Positions 17,897 to 25,762 of a stretch of 50,100 nt of DNA are shown here, in pieces. The position numbers were made by a program, and so were the translations under genes. The stretch comes from Bacteroidota bacterium (GTDB lineage Bacteria; Bacteroidota; Bacteroidia; NS11-12g; UBA955). The stretch spans positions 1-50,100 of the forward strand of contig JBJOHK010000073.1 in assembly GCA_046047755.1 (NCBI GenBank). The letters run 5' to 3'. Position 1 is the stretch's first letter, and every line of letters starts with the position of its first letter. Below the pieces are notes generated by a model. That model searched no databases and was not told where the DNA came from. It saw only the letters and a program-made list of their open reading frames with translations.

Positions 17897-19144
17897 ATGA
17901 GTTCGGGCACGAAAATACGAAAAGCACGGCATTGGACTTTTTTAAAGTCCGTGTTTTGGCTCGGATGTACCGCGTTTGGAGGGCCCCAACTTCATTTGCC
18001 CCAATTCAAGAAACGCTTGGTCGACAAGCATCGATTCATTGATGAAGAAGACCTGATTGAAATCAACGCCTTTTGCAGCGTTCTGCCCGGACCCAGCACT
18101 ACACAAACCATTACGGCCATCGGCTACAAGGTTGGCGGAGGTAAATTGGCGTTTTTGGCCTTGTTAGCTTGGGCTTTGCCCGGAGCTTTGCTGATGTCAA
18201 TCATTGCATTATCGCCCAGGTTTTTAGGATTTAGCCAACTGCGATTTTTGCAACCCATGGTAGCCGCTTTCTTGATTTTTGCCATTGTTACCATGGCAAA
18301 ATGGATCAAACCCAGCGGCATGAATTACAGCATTGCCTTAACAGCCGGCATTTTGGGCTTTTTTCTTCAAACTCCCTGGTTCTTCCCTATCGGAGTGCTT
18401 ACTGCCGGTTATTTGAGTTCGCGATTCAACCAAAGAGAATTCTTACCCAAACCTTCCGACAACAAACCCATAGTTTGGCGAAACCTGATCATATTCCTGG
18501 CCATTTTCGCCTCTGTTGGAGCGGGAGGCATCATTTTAGCCCTGTACGATTCGCCCTATGCCCTACCGGTGCGATTGTTTGAGAACACCTACCGAATCAG
18601 TGTCTTCTCATTTGGAGGGGGAAATGTTCTAGCCGCGATGGGCGTAGAGCAATATGTACTGCACAAACCCCGTATGAGCATGGAAGAATTCAATACGGGC
18701 CTTGGTCTACTGCAAGCTCTCCCCGGCCCAAACTTCAACTTAGCGGTTTATTTGAATGCCATAGCCATGAAAAACGGCGGCTTTGGATTCCTTGGCCAAT
18801 TGTTGGGCTGCTTCTTGGGACTTGTAGCCGTTTTCCTACCCGGAACCATGGCTGTTTTGTTCGCTTACCCCCTGTGGGGCCGACTGAAAAATATCGAAGG
18901 CTTTCGCAAGAGCATCGATGGAATCTTCGCTGTCTCTGTGGGCTTTATTCTAACGGCTACTTTGATATTGAACCTGTACTTCTTTCAAAATCTGCAAAGT
19001 TTGGCCATGGATTCGCGATCTGACCAAATAGCCATGCACGCGTCTATCTACGCATTGTCCTTAGGTCTTTTGTGGAGCCGCAAGTTGCCTTTACCGATAA
19101 TTGTCATCATTGTGCTGATTTTGGGCTACTTCCTTCCTATCTAA
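17897..19144 (+). CDS. chrA: Chromate ion transporter (CHR family, two-domain)
   Basis: 415 aa and polytopic. A CHR-type FGGP motif (CTAFGGPQLH) sits near the N-terminus, and a second half-repeat (FSFGGGNVLAAM) gives the duplicated CHR architecture. Confidence 0.75.
   Translation: MSSGTKIRKARHWTFLKSVFWLGCTAFGGPQLHLPQFKKRLVDKHRFIDEEDLIEINAFCSVLPGPSTTQTITAIGYKVGGGKLAFLALLAWALPGALLMSIIALSPRFLGFSQLRFLQPMVAAFLIFAIVTMAKWIKPSGMNYSIALTAGILGFFLQTPWFFPIGVLTAGYLSSRFNQREFLPKPSDNKPIVWRNLIIFLAIFASVGAGGIILALYDSPYALPVRLFENTYRISVFSFGGGNVLAAMGVEQYVLHKPRMSMEEFNTGLGLLQALPGPNFNLAVYLNAIAMKNGGFGFLGQLLGCFLGLVAVFLPGTMAVLFAYPLWGRLKNIEGFRKSIDGIFAVSVGFILTATLILNLYFFQNLQSLAMDSRSDQIAMHASIYALSLGLLWSRKLPLPIIVIIVLILGYFLPI
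17910..17917 (-). promoter_or_regulatory. Variant -7 box TATTTTCG upstream of the 17896 lipoprotein
   Basis: One mismatch to TAnnTTTG, 13 nt from ATG 17896. It lies inside the chrA CDS. Confidence 0.25.
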
Positions 19145-19158
19145 GGCAGCTAAAACCC

Positions 19159-19166
19159 TATTTTTG
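19159..19166 (+). promoter_or_regulatory. -7 box TATTTTTG abutting the start codon
   Basis: Exact TAnnTTTG, 4 nt before ATG 19171. Confidence 0.5.
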
Positions 19167-19170
19167 ATCC

Positions 19171-19851
19171 ATGTATTTCCGGGTTTTCGCTCTCTTGGCC
19201 CTGCTGGCTACCTCTTTGGCTCGCCCTCAGCAGGCCTCTGCCCAGCCAGGACCAGAAAACAACCCCTACATCTTATTTACCGGTCTAGTGCTGACCTCTG
19301 ACAGCTTGAAAGCCATCCCTTATGTGCAAATCAGAAGCACCAAACGCGGCTTAATTGGCTACACCGATCTCAGCGGATATTTCGACGTTGTCGTGCGAAA
19401 AGGCGACACCATCGAATTCGCCCAAGTGGAAAAAGTAAACTCCTGGCATGTGGTCCCCGACACCTTGACGGGCAAACGATACAATGTGGTCAAACTCATG
19501 ACCCAAGACACGATCTACATTCCCGCCATTTTCATTCGGGCCCTTCCTCCAAAAGCACTGTTTGCCCATGAATTCGTTCACAGCCATATTCAAGCAGACG
19601 CCTATGAAAGAGCCCGCCAAAACTTGGAAATGGAAGCCGCCAAAGACGCATTGAAGCTGCATCCAGCCGATGCCCATGCCTCTCAAACCCTTCTGGCCCA
19701 GTCGCGAGCCAATCAGCTCTACTATTATAACCAAGCCCCACCTCAGAATTACCTTTCTCCAACGGCTTGGATGCAATTTCTGGAGGCTTGGAAAAGGGGT
19801 GACTACAAGAAAAAAGTACCCCGCCAGGGCACTTACATCAGCCCTTATTAA
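19171..19851 (+). CDS. Secreted hypothetical protein (possible carboxypeptidase-regulatory-like beta-sandwich at the N-terminus)
   Basis: Signal peptide MYFRVFALLALLATSLARPQQASA. The segment GLVLTSDSLKAIPYVQIRS...GYTDLSGYFDVVV resembles a CarboxypepD_reg fold. Confidence 0.45.
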   Translation: MYFRVFALLALLATSLARPQQASAQPGPENNPYILFTGLVLTSDSLKAIPYVQIRSTKRGLIGYTDLSGYFDVVVRKGDTIEFAQVEKVNSWHVVPDTLTGKRYNVVKLMTQDTIYIPAIFIRALPPKALFAHEFVHSHIQADAYERARQNLEMEAAKDALKLHPADAHASQTLLAQSRANQLYYYNQAPPQNYLSPTAWMQFLEAWKRGDYKKKVPRQGTYISPY

Positions 19852-20441
19852 TTTTCATTCAAGGTTTTCCCTTGTTTGCTCAGCAACAGTTCCAACTGCT
19901 CCTCAGCACTCAAAGCACCGGCACGAATCAATTCCGCTACAACGCGGCTACTGGCTCGAACATTGCTGTCGGCACTCAAGCGAGAAGCGCTATCCAAGCA
20001 GCGCAATTGATTTCCATAATCTCCTACTTGTTCAAAAGCTGCTGCCGCACGCATGTACAAGCGATCAACGGGAGTATACTCGCTGCCTGTGGCATATTCC
20101 AAAGCCCAAACTCCAGCCCTTCCAAACTGCCCTCTGGATTCAGCCGTAGCAATGGCCAATTCCGCTAACTGCTTTGCGCGAGGGTGACCCGTATTCAATT
20201 GGTAGAATTGCCACAATTGATCGGCCAGACTGTCGTTTTTGAATTCCGCAAGCGAATCCAGCAACCTCAGAGCTTGCTTTCTCTCTTGCTCCGACTCAAT
20301 GGCTTTGATATCCAAAACCGAGGTTTGGGGATTGGGCAGATAACCCTCGACCCAGTCCAATTGAGAATAGGCTTGGTCTACTTTGCTTTGACAAGCGGTT
20401 AATACCAGCAAAACCACCGAAGTGAAACGCCATTGATTCAT
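19848..20441 (-). CDS. Helical-repeat lipoprotein, function unknown
   Basis: Signal peptide plus lipobox ([10 protein letters not shown]) followed by an alpha-helical, TPR/Sel1-like remainder. Convergent TTAA stop overlap with the 19171 ORF. Confidence 0.5.
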   Translation of the reverse strand: MNQWRFTSVVLLVLTACQSKVDQAYSQLDWVEGYLPNPQTSVLDIKAIESEQERKQALRLLDSLAEFKNDSLADQLWQFYQLNTGHPRAKQLAELAIATAESRGQFGRAGVWALEYATGSEYTPVDRLYMRAAAAFEQVGDYGNQLRCLDSASRLSADSNVRASSRVVAELIRAGALSAEEQLELLLSKQGKTLNEN

Positions 20442-20445
20442 GGCT

Positions 20446-20453
20446 CAAAAATA
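20446..20453 (-). promoter_or_regulatory. -7 box TATTTTTG abutting the start codon
   Basis: Exact TAnnTTTG on the minus strand, 4 nt from ATG 20441. Confidence 0.5.
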
Positions 20454-20512
20454 CAATCCAAGCCCGGATTCAGGTGTGAAAAACTCGTACATATCTTCCC
20501 ATTTGCATGGGG

Positions 20513-20520
20513 TAAGTTTG
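20513..20520 (+). promoter_or_regulatory. -7 box TAAGTTTG abutting the parE start
   Basis: Exact TAnnTTTG, 6 nt before ATG 20527. Confidence 0.55.
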
Positions 20521-20526
20521 TTCACC

Positions 20527-22398
20527 ATGAGCGAAACTGTCAAGTATACCGAAGACGAGATACGAAGTCTAGACTGGAAAGAACACATCCGGTTAAGGCC
20601 TGGTATGTACATCGGTAAACTGGGCGATGGTACGGCAAGTGACGATGGCATTTATGTCTTGGTCAAGGAGATATTGGACAACAGCATCGACGAGCACGTC
20701 ATGGGCCATGGCAAGCGCATTGACATTCGCATCGACGACAAAAAAGTCTACATACGAGATTTTGGGCGGGGCATTCCCTTGGGCAAAGTCATCGACTGTG
20801 TATCCAAAATCAACACAGGAGGCAAGTACGACTCCAAGGCCTTCCAAAAATCAGTCGGATTGAACGGTGTCGGAACCAAAGCCGTCAATGCCTTGAGTAC
20901 CCACTTCATAGTTCAGAGTTTTCGCGATGGAAAAAGCAAACGAGCCGAATTCAACCGAGGGGAATTGACCCTTGATGCTCCCGCGAGCGACAGTACTGAA
21001 CCCAACGGAACCTACATTGAGTTCGAACCCGATGCTAGCATTTTCAAAAACTACCGCTTCATCAGCGATTACTTGCGGGAGCAGGTTAAAAATTACACCT
21101 ACCTTAACTCAGCCCTTACCATAAAATACAACGGAGAGAGCTTCGCTTCTCGCCGGGGTTTGTTGGACCTACTAGAGACCAAGGTAACGGCTGAAGACGC
21201 TTTATACCCCGTCATTCACGCCAAAGGTGAAGACATTGAAATAGCCTTCACCCATACTCAAGCCTATGGCGAGGAATACTACTCATTTGTAAATGGGCAA
21301 TACACCACTCAAGGTGGAACCCATTTGCAGGCCTTTCGGGAAGCCTTTGTCAAAACCATTCGCGAGCACTTCAAGAAAGACTTTGATGCTACAGACATAC
21401 GCGGTTCCATATCTGCTGCCATCTCCATACGCGTCATGGAGCCGGTATTTGAAAGCCAAACCAAAACCAAATTAGGCAGTGCCGACATGGGCCCAGATGG
21501 CCCTTCGATCAAAGTAGCTGTCATGGAATTCGTCAAAAAACAAGTTGACGATTACCTGTACCAAAACCAACCTGTGGCCGATGCATTGCTCAAGAAAATT
21601 CTCCAAAACGAGAGAGAGCGCAAAGACATGGCCGGGGTTCAAAAATTGGCCAAAGAGCGAGCCAAAAGAGCCAATCTTCACAACAAGAAATTGCGCGATT
21701 GCCGGGTTCACTTAGCCGATATCAAAAACGACGACCGCTTTGATACCACTTTGTTCATTACAGAGGGTGATAGTGCATCAGGAAGCATAACCAAAAGTCG
21801 AAATCCCAATTTGCAAGCCGTATTCTCCCTTCGAGGCAAACCCTTGAATTGTTATGGCCTAAAAAAGAAGGTGGTTTACGAAAACGAAGAATTCAACTTG
21901 CTTCAACACGCTTTAAACATCGAAGAGAGCTTGGACGATTTGCGCTACAACCGCATCGTACTGGCCACTGATGCCGATGTAGACGGCATGCACATTCGCT
22001 TGTTGATGATGACCTTCTTCTTGCAGTTTTTCCCTGATTTGGTTCGCAATGGGCATTTGTTTATCCTGCAAACTCCCTTGTTCCGCGTTCGAAACAAAAA
22101 AGAAACCATTTATTGTTACAGTGAGCAAGAACGCCGCGATGCCATAGCCAAATTGGGAAGCAAGCCCGAGATTACCCGATTCAAGGGACTGGGTGAGATT
22201 TCTCCCGAAGAATTTGCCCGATTCATTGGCGAAGACATACGACTGGAACCCGTCATCTTAAAAGAAGATGCCTCCATTGAGAAAATCTTGAGCTACTACA
22301 TGGGCAAGAACACCCCTGATCGACAAGAATTCATCATTGAAAACCTGGTCGTTGAAAAAGACGAACCCGAAATTGTCTCTTTATCAGCCGAAGCATAA
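20527..22398 (+). CDS. parE: DNA topoisomerase IV subunit B (GyrB/ParE family)
   Basis: ATG 20527 gives [30 protein letters not shown]. Also present: a GHKL ATPase motif (EILDNSIDE), a Toprim domain ([24 protein letters not shown]), and a short ParE-like C-terminus. The track's start at 20440 lies upstream of the -7 box. Confidence 0.88.
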   Translation: MSETVKYTEDEIRSLDWKEHIRLRPGMYIGKLGDGTASDDGIYVLVKEILDNSIDEHVMGHGKRIDIRIDDKKVYIRDFGRGIPLGKVIDCVSKINTGGKYDSKAFQKSVGLNGVGTKAVNALSTHFIVQSFRDGKSKRAEFNRGELTLDAPASDSTEPNGTYIEFEPDASIFKNYRFISDYLREQVKNYTYLNSALTIKYNGESFASRRGLLDLLETKVTAEDALYPVIHAKGEDIEIAFTHTQAYGEEYYSFVNGQYTTQGGTHLQAFREAFVKTIREHFKKDFDATDIRGSISAAISIRVMEPVFESQTKTKLGSADMGPDGPSIKVAVMEFVKKQVDDYLYQNQPVADALLKKILQNERERKDMAGVQKLAKERAKRANLHNKKLRDCRVHLADIKNDDRFDTTLFITEGDSASGSITKSRNPNLQAVFSLRGKPLNCYGLKKKVVYENEEFNLLQHALNIEESLDDLRYNRIVLATDADVDGMHIRLLMMTFFLQFFPDLVRNGHLFILQTPLFRVRNKKETIYCYSEQERRDAIAKLGSKPEITRFKGLGEISPEEFARFIGEDIRLEPVILKEDASIEKILSYYMGKNTPDRQEFIIENLVVEKDEPEIVSLSAEA

Positions 22399-22427
22399 AA
22401 AAAGGCCCCGATTGCTCGGGGCCTTTT
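22397..22427. terminator. Bidirectional intrinsic terminator (parE / ahcY junction)
   Basis: A-tract, stem GGCCCCG/CGGGGCC (22404-22410 / 22417-22423), loop ATTGCT, then T4. Confidence 0.75.
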
Positions 22428-22444
22428 CATTAGAATTTCAACGA

Positions 22445-23758
22445 TTAATAACGGTAGTGGTCCATCTTGAAAGGACCGCTTACCTGAACACCTATGTAAT
22501 CAGCCTGCTCCTTAGACAACTCGGTCAATTCTGCACCGATTTTGGCCAAGTGCAAACGAGCAACCTTTTCATCCAAATGCTTGGGCAACACGTAAACCTG
22601 ATTTTCGTAGTTCTTGTAGTTGTTCCACAATTCGATTTGAGCCAAGGTCTGGTTGGTAAAACTGTTGCTCATCACAAAGCTGGGGTGGCCCATAGCACAA
22701 CCCAAGTTCACCAAGCGGCCTTCTGCCAATACGATGATTTCATTGCCATCTACATTGAAAATATCAACCTGAGGCTTCACCGAATATTTGCTTGAACCGT
22801 AATTCTTGTTCAACCAAGCCATGTCAATCTCATTGTCAAAGTGGCCAATGTTGCAAACAATAGTCTTGTCTTTCATGGCCTTGAAATGTTCACCGGTTAC
22901 AATGTTGCAGTTACCAGTAGCGGTTACTACGATATTGGCTTCAGTTATGGCTTTCTCCAATTTTACGACCTGGTAACCATCCATAGCGGCTTGAAGAGCG
23001 CAAATGGGGTCAATCTCTGTTACCAATACACGAGCACCGGCTCCGCGAAGCGATTCAGCGCTGCCTTTTCCTACGTCACCGTAACCGCAAACCACAGCCA
23101 CTTTACCGGCCATCATGATATCAGTGGCGCGGCGAATGGCGTCTACCAATGATTCTTTGCAACCATACTTGTTGTCAAATTTGCTCTTGGTCACTGAGTC
23201 GTTCACATTGATAGCGGGCATGGGCAAAGTACCCTTGGCTACGCGCTCATACAATCGGTGAACACCGGTAGTGGTCTCTTCGCTCAAACCGCGAATAGCC
23301 TCAACCAATTGAGGGTAGCGATCCAAAACCATATTAGTCAAGTCACCACCGTCGTCCAAAATCATGTTCAACGGCTGCTGCTCAGGCCCAAAATGCAAGG
23401 TTTGCTCAATACACCAGTCAAACTCTTCTTCGGTTTGACCTTTCCAGGCGTACACCTGAATACCAGCCGCAGCAATGGCAGCAGCAGCGTGGTCTTGAGT
23501 CGAGAAAATATTGCAGGAACTCCAAGTTACTTCAGCTCCCAAAGCCGCCAAAGTCTCAATCAAAACAGCGGTTTGAATGGTCATGTGCAAACAGCCCGCA
23601 ATGCGAGCGCCCTTCAAGGGTTTGCTTTCACCATATTCTTCACGAAGAGCCATTAAGCCAGGCATTTCAGCCTCAGCCAACATAATTTCTTTACGGCCCC
23701 ATTCCGCTAAGCCGATGTCTTTAACCTTGTACGGTAAGTATTGAGATGTTGCAGTCAT
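22445..23758 (-). CDS. ahcY: Adenosylhomocysteinase
   Basis: ATG 23758 gives [25 protein letters not shown]. Typical SAHH motifs follow: [47 protein letters not shown]. The track's start at 23776 lies upstream of the -7 box. Confidence 0.92.
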   Translation of the reverse strand: MTATSQYLPYKVKDIGLAEWGRKEIMLAEAEMPGLMALREEYGESKPLKGARIAGCLHMTIQTAVLIETLAALGAEVTWSSCNIFSTQDHAAAAIAAAGIQVYAWKGQTEEEFDWCIEQTLHFGPEQQPLNMILDDGGDLTNMVLDRYPQLVEAIRGLSEETTTGVHRLYERVAKGTLPMPAINVNDSVTKSKFDNKYGCKESLVDAIRRATDIMMAGKVAVVCGYGDVGKGSAESLRGAGARVLVTEIDPICALQAAMDGYQVVKLEKAITEANIVVTATGNCNIVTGEHFKAMKDKTIVCNIGHFDNEIDMAWLNKNYGSSKYSVKPQVDIFNVDGNEIIVLAEGRLVNLGCAMGHPSFVMSNSFTNQTLAQIELWNNYKNYENQVYVLPKHLDEKVARLHLAKIGAELTELSKEQADYIGVQVSGPFKMDHYRY

Positions 23759-23765
23759 TTCGCCG

Positions 23766-23773
23766 CAAAGGTA
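23766..23773 (-). promoter_or_regulatory. -7 box TACCTTTG abutting the ahcY start
   Basis: Exact TAnnTTTG on the minus strand, 7 nt from ATG 23758. Confidence 0.55.
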
Positions 23774-23833
23774 CAACCTTTCTATCGGCTATCTCGCTGT
23801 TTAACAAAGTAAGGCGGTTTCTTCACCAAGGCC

Positions 23834-23962
23834 TTAGAAGCCACAATTGCACCCGCCGCGGTCGTGCGTACGAGTAGCGGCCTTCTGCGTACCACATGAT
23901 CCCAGCGCTGTCAATACCATCAGAGCCAACAAAGCCCAAACCGACTGTTTGAATTTTTGCAT
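23834..23962 (-). CDS. Small (42-aa) Cys-rich lipoprotein; not in the ORF track
   Basis: My own translation gives MQKFKQSVWALLALMVLTALGSCGTQKAATRTHDRGGCNCGF*. It has a classical n/h-region and an LGSC lipobox. An exact -7 box lies 6 nt upstream. A 6-bp stem (TAAGGC/GCCTTA) followed by a T-rich stretch overlaps the stop. Confidence 0.5.
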   Translation of the reverse strand: MQKFKQSVWALLALMVLTALGSCGTQKAATRTHDRGGCNCGF

Positions 23963-23968
23963 AGTTCA

Positions 23969-23976
23969 CAAATCTA
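23969..23976 (-). promoter_or_regulatory. -7 box TAGATTTG abutting the small-ORF start
   Basis: Exact TAnnTTTG on the minus strand, 6 nt from ATG 23962. Confidence 0.5.
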
Positions 23977-24027
23977 CACTGACAAGTCCCCTTGCCCAAG
24001 GCTTTTGATGTAAAATTGCAGTGCATT

Positions 24028-24675
24028 ATGGAGTTCCTTTTATCGCTTATCGATTTGGCCAAAGATTGGGTGCTGCACCTTGACGAAAAATTGGAATGGC
24101 TGGTCGGCGAATACCAGACCCTTACCTACCTCATACTTTTCCTCATCGTCTTTGTTGAAACTGGATTGGTTGTCATGCCCTTACTACCTGGCGATTCCCT
24201 GCTTTTTGCGGCAGGATCTATTGCGGCACTTGACGGCACTCTCAACATCGCCATTTTGATCCCCTTGCTTATCGTGGCCGCCTTGTTGGGCGACAACACC
24301 AACTACTTCATAGGTTCTCGATTTGGCGTGAGGGTATTCGAATTGAATTGGAAACTCCTGAAGCGCGAATACTTGGAGCGTACCGAAACCTTTTATGAAA
24401 AACACGGCGGATACACCCTCATCATGGCCCGTTTTGTTCCCATAGTCAGGACTTTTGCTCCCTTTGCCGCTGGCTTGGGAACCATGAAATACCGAACCTT
24501 TTTGATGTATTGCATCGCAGGAGCGGTTCTTTGGGTCAGCAGCATCAGCACCTTGGGTTATGTATTGGGCTCTCATCCATGGGTCAAGGCCCATTTTGAA
24601 ACCGTTGTTTTTGGTATAATCGGCATATCCTTGCTACCCGTATTGTGGCAAGCGCTCAAATCAAAATGGAGTTAA
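24028..24675 (+). CDS. DedA/SNARE-associated family membrane protein
   Basis: ATG 24028 gives MEFLLSLIDL. The DedA signature region is present (FVETGLVVMPLLPGDSLLFAAG...GYTLIMARFVPIVRTFAPFAAG). A near-consensus box TAAAATTG sits at 24011-24018. Confidence 0.8.
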   Translation: MEFLLSLIDLAKDWVLHLDEKLEWLVGEYQTLTYLILFLIVFVETGLVVMPLLPGDSLLFAAGSIAALDGTLNIAILIPLLIVAALLGDNTNYFIGSRFGVRVFELNWKLLKREYLERTETFYEKHGGYTLIMARFVPIVRTFAPFAAGLGTMKYRTFLMYCIAGAVLWVSSISTLGYVLGSHPWVKAHFETVVFGIIGISLLPVLWQALKSKWS

Positions 24676-25433
24676 AACAGCGAATAGGTTTGCTGGGACA
24701 TCCCGTTTCGCACAGCCAGTCGCCTGCGCTTTTTGCTCCTTTATTTGACACCGATCTATTGGATTGGGAATACCAACTCCTCGACACAGGCACGGAAGAA
24801 GAGCTTTACGAGCAGCTTTCTTCCTCCCAATTCACTGGCTTCAATGTCACCATTCCTTACAAAAAGACGGTTCTAAAACAAGTGGCCAACCGCAGCCCGC
24901 GCGTGGCTCGTATTGGTGCGGCCAATACCCTATATCGATTGGAGAACGGCACCTGGATGGCTGAAAATACCGACTATGATGGATTTCTGGCCACTTTTAA
25001 TAAAGGGCGCTTGGAATGGAATTTCACCCCAAAACAAGCCCTCATTCTCGGAACAGGTGGCTCTTCCAAAGCCGTTCAAGCCGTCCTTGAGGATTTACAA
25101 CTCCCGTACCAATGCGTCAGCCGTACCCCATCAACTTCGAATCTCACATACGAAAGACTACTTTCCGGTAGTTGGGAGTCTTGCCTAGTGGTGAATTGCA
25201 CCCCAGTAGGAATGACTCCTGACATAGATTCAAGCCCTCTGGCCGATCTTAGCTTTCTCAAGGGACCCAATGCCCTAATTGATTTGGTTTACAACCCAAG
25301 CCGAACCAGACTGATGGAACAATTTCAATCTTTGGGACATTGGGCTACGAATGGCAGCTTGATGCTACGCGTTCAAGCCGAGGCTGCTTGGAAATTATTT
25401 CGCACGCATACTTGGAATCCCACTTCGGCTTAA
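24666..25433 (+). CDS. aroE: Shikimate dehydrogenase
   Basis: ATG 24666 gives MELKQRIGLLGHPVSHSQSP. Also present: FNVTIPYK, ANTL, TDYDGF, and GTGGSSKA (Rossmann). It overlaps the dedA stop by 10 nt. Confidence 0.85.
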   Translation: MELKQRIGLLGHPVSHSQSPALFAPLFDTDLLDWEYQLLDTGTEEELYEQLSSSQFTGFNVTIPYKKTVLKQVANRSPRVARIGAANTLYRLENGTWMAENTDYDGFLATFNKGRLEWNFTPKQALILGTGGSSKAVQAVLEDLQLPYQCVSRTPSTSNLTYERLLSGSWESCLVVNCTPVGMTPDIDSSPLADLSFLKGPNALIDLVYNPSRTRLMEQFQSLGHWATNGSLMLRVQAEAAWKLFRTHTWNPTSA

Positions 25434-25504
25434 GATAGGTCGAGCCCGGCTCAGTCATTTCGCAAAAACATGACCGGCATCATGGTTTCTATTTAAAACG
25501 ATTC

Positions 25505-25512
25505 TAAATTTG
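25505..25512 (+). promoter_or_regulatory. -7 box TAAATTTG abutting the feoA start
   Basis: Exact TAnnTTTG, 4 nt before ATG 25517. Confidence 0.5.
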
Positions 25513-25516
25513 CGCC

Positions 25517-25762
25517 ATGCCCATGACAGCCGATCAGCTCCGCAACGGGGAGAGCGCAGTAATTGCCTCTTTGCACGAAGGGGAATTTCGCTTGCGATTG
25601 GCCGAGATGGGCTGTGTGCCCGGAACTCGAATCAAAAGAGAGTACCAAGCACCTGGAGGTGACCCCATCGCATTCCGCATCGATACTTATCTCTTGGGAT
25701 TGCGATTGGAAGAAGCTCGCTTGATTGAAATTCTTCCGGAAGACAAAGGAGGAATCGCTTGA
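25517..25762 (+). CDS. feoA: Ferrous iron transport protein A
   Basis: 81 aa, SH3-like FeoA pattern (LRNGESAVIASL...RLAEMGCVPGTRI). The stop overlaps the feoB TTG start (TTGA). Confidence 0.8.
   Translation: MPMTADQLRNGESAVIASLHEGEFRLRLAEMGCVPGTRIKREYQAPGGDPIAFRIDTYLLGLRLEEARLIEILPEDKGGIA

Noticed and set aside
5142-23776. N-terminal extensions in the ORF track (starts at 3914, 5142, 7895, 12775, 16101, 17932, 20440, 23776, and later 23992, 24645, 38749, 46318, 49586).
   Set aside because: In each case the extension overlaps an upstream gene, terminator or promoter box. It also precedes the point where the conserved family N-terminus or signal peptide begins, so internal starts were used instead.
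23759-23833. Possible SAH or SAM riboswitch in front of ahcY.
   Set aside because: An exact -7 promoter box lies only 7 nt from the ahcY ATG, which leaves no room for a structured leader. I also could not recognise the conserved SAH-riboswitch pseudoknot core in the 75 nt.
23823-24062. A 79-aa track ORF between ahcY and dedA.
   Set aside because: It spans the divergent promoter region and runs through two -7 boxes. Its composition is not protein-like. A different frame on the same strand encodes a much more convincing 42-aa lipoprotein (23834-23962).
25434-25516. Fur-type operator upstream of feoAB, and an aroE terminator.
   Set aside because: The region is A/T-rich, but I cannot align it convincingly to a GATAATGATAATCATTATC-like dyad. 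The imperfect inverted repeat CCGG...GTCAT/ATGAC...CCGG has mismatches and no T-tract.
25744-25761. Shine-Dalgarno-like AAAGGAGG 7 nt upstream of the feoB TTG start.
   Set aside because: It encodes the FeoA C-terminus (DKGG). Bacteroidota ribosomes generally do not use SD pairing. A single occurrence inside coding sequence cannot be distinguished from chance. It is worth noting only because the start is non-ATG.
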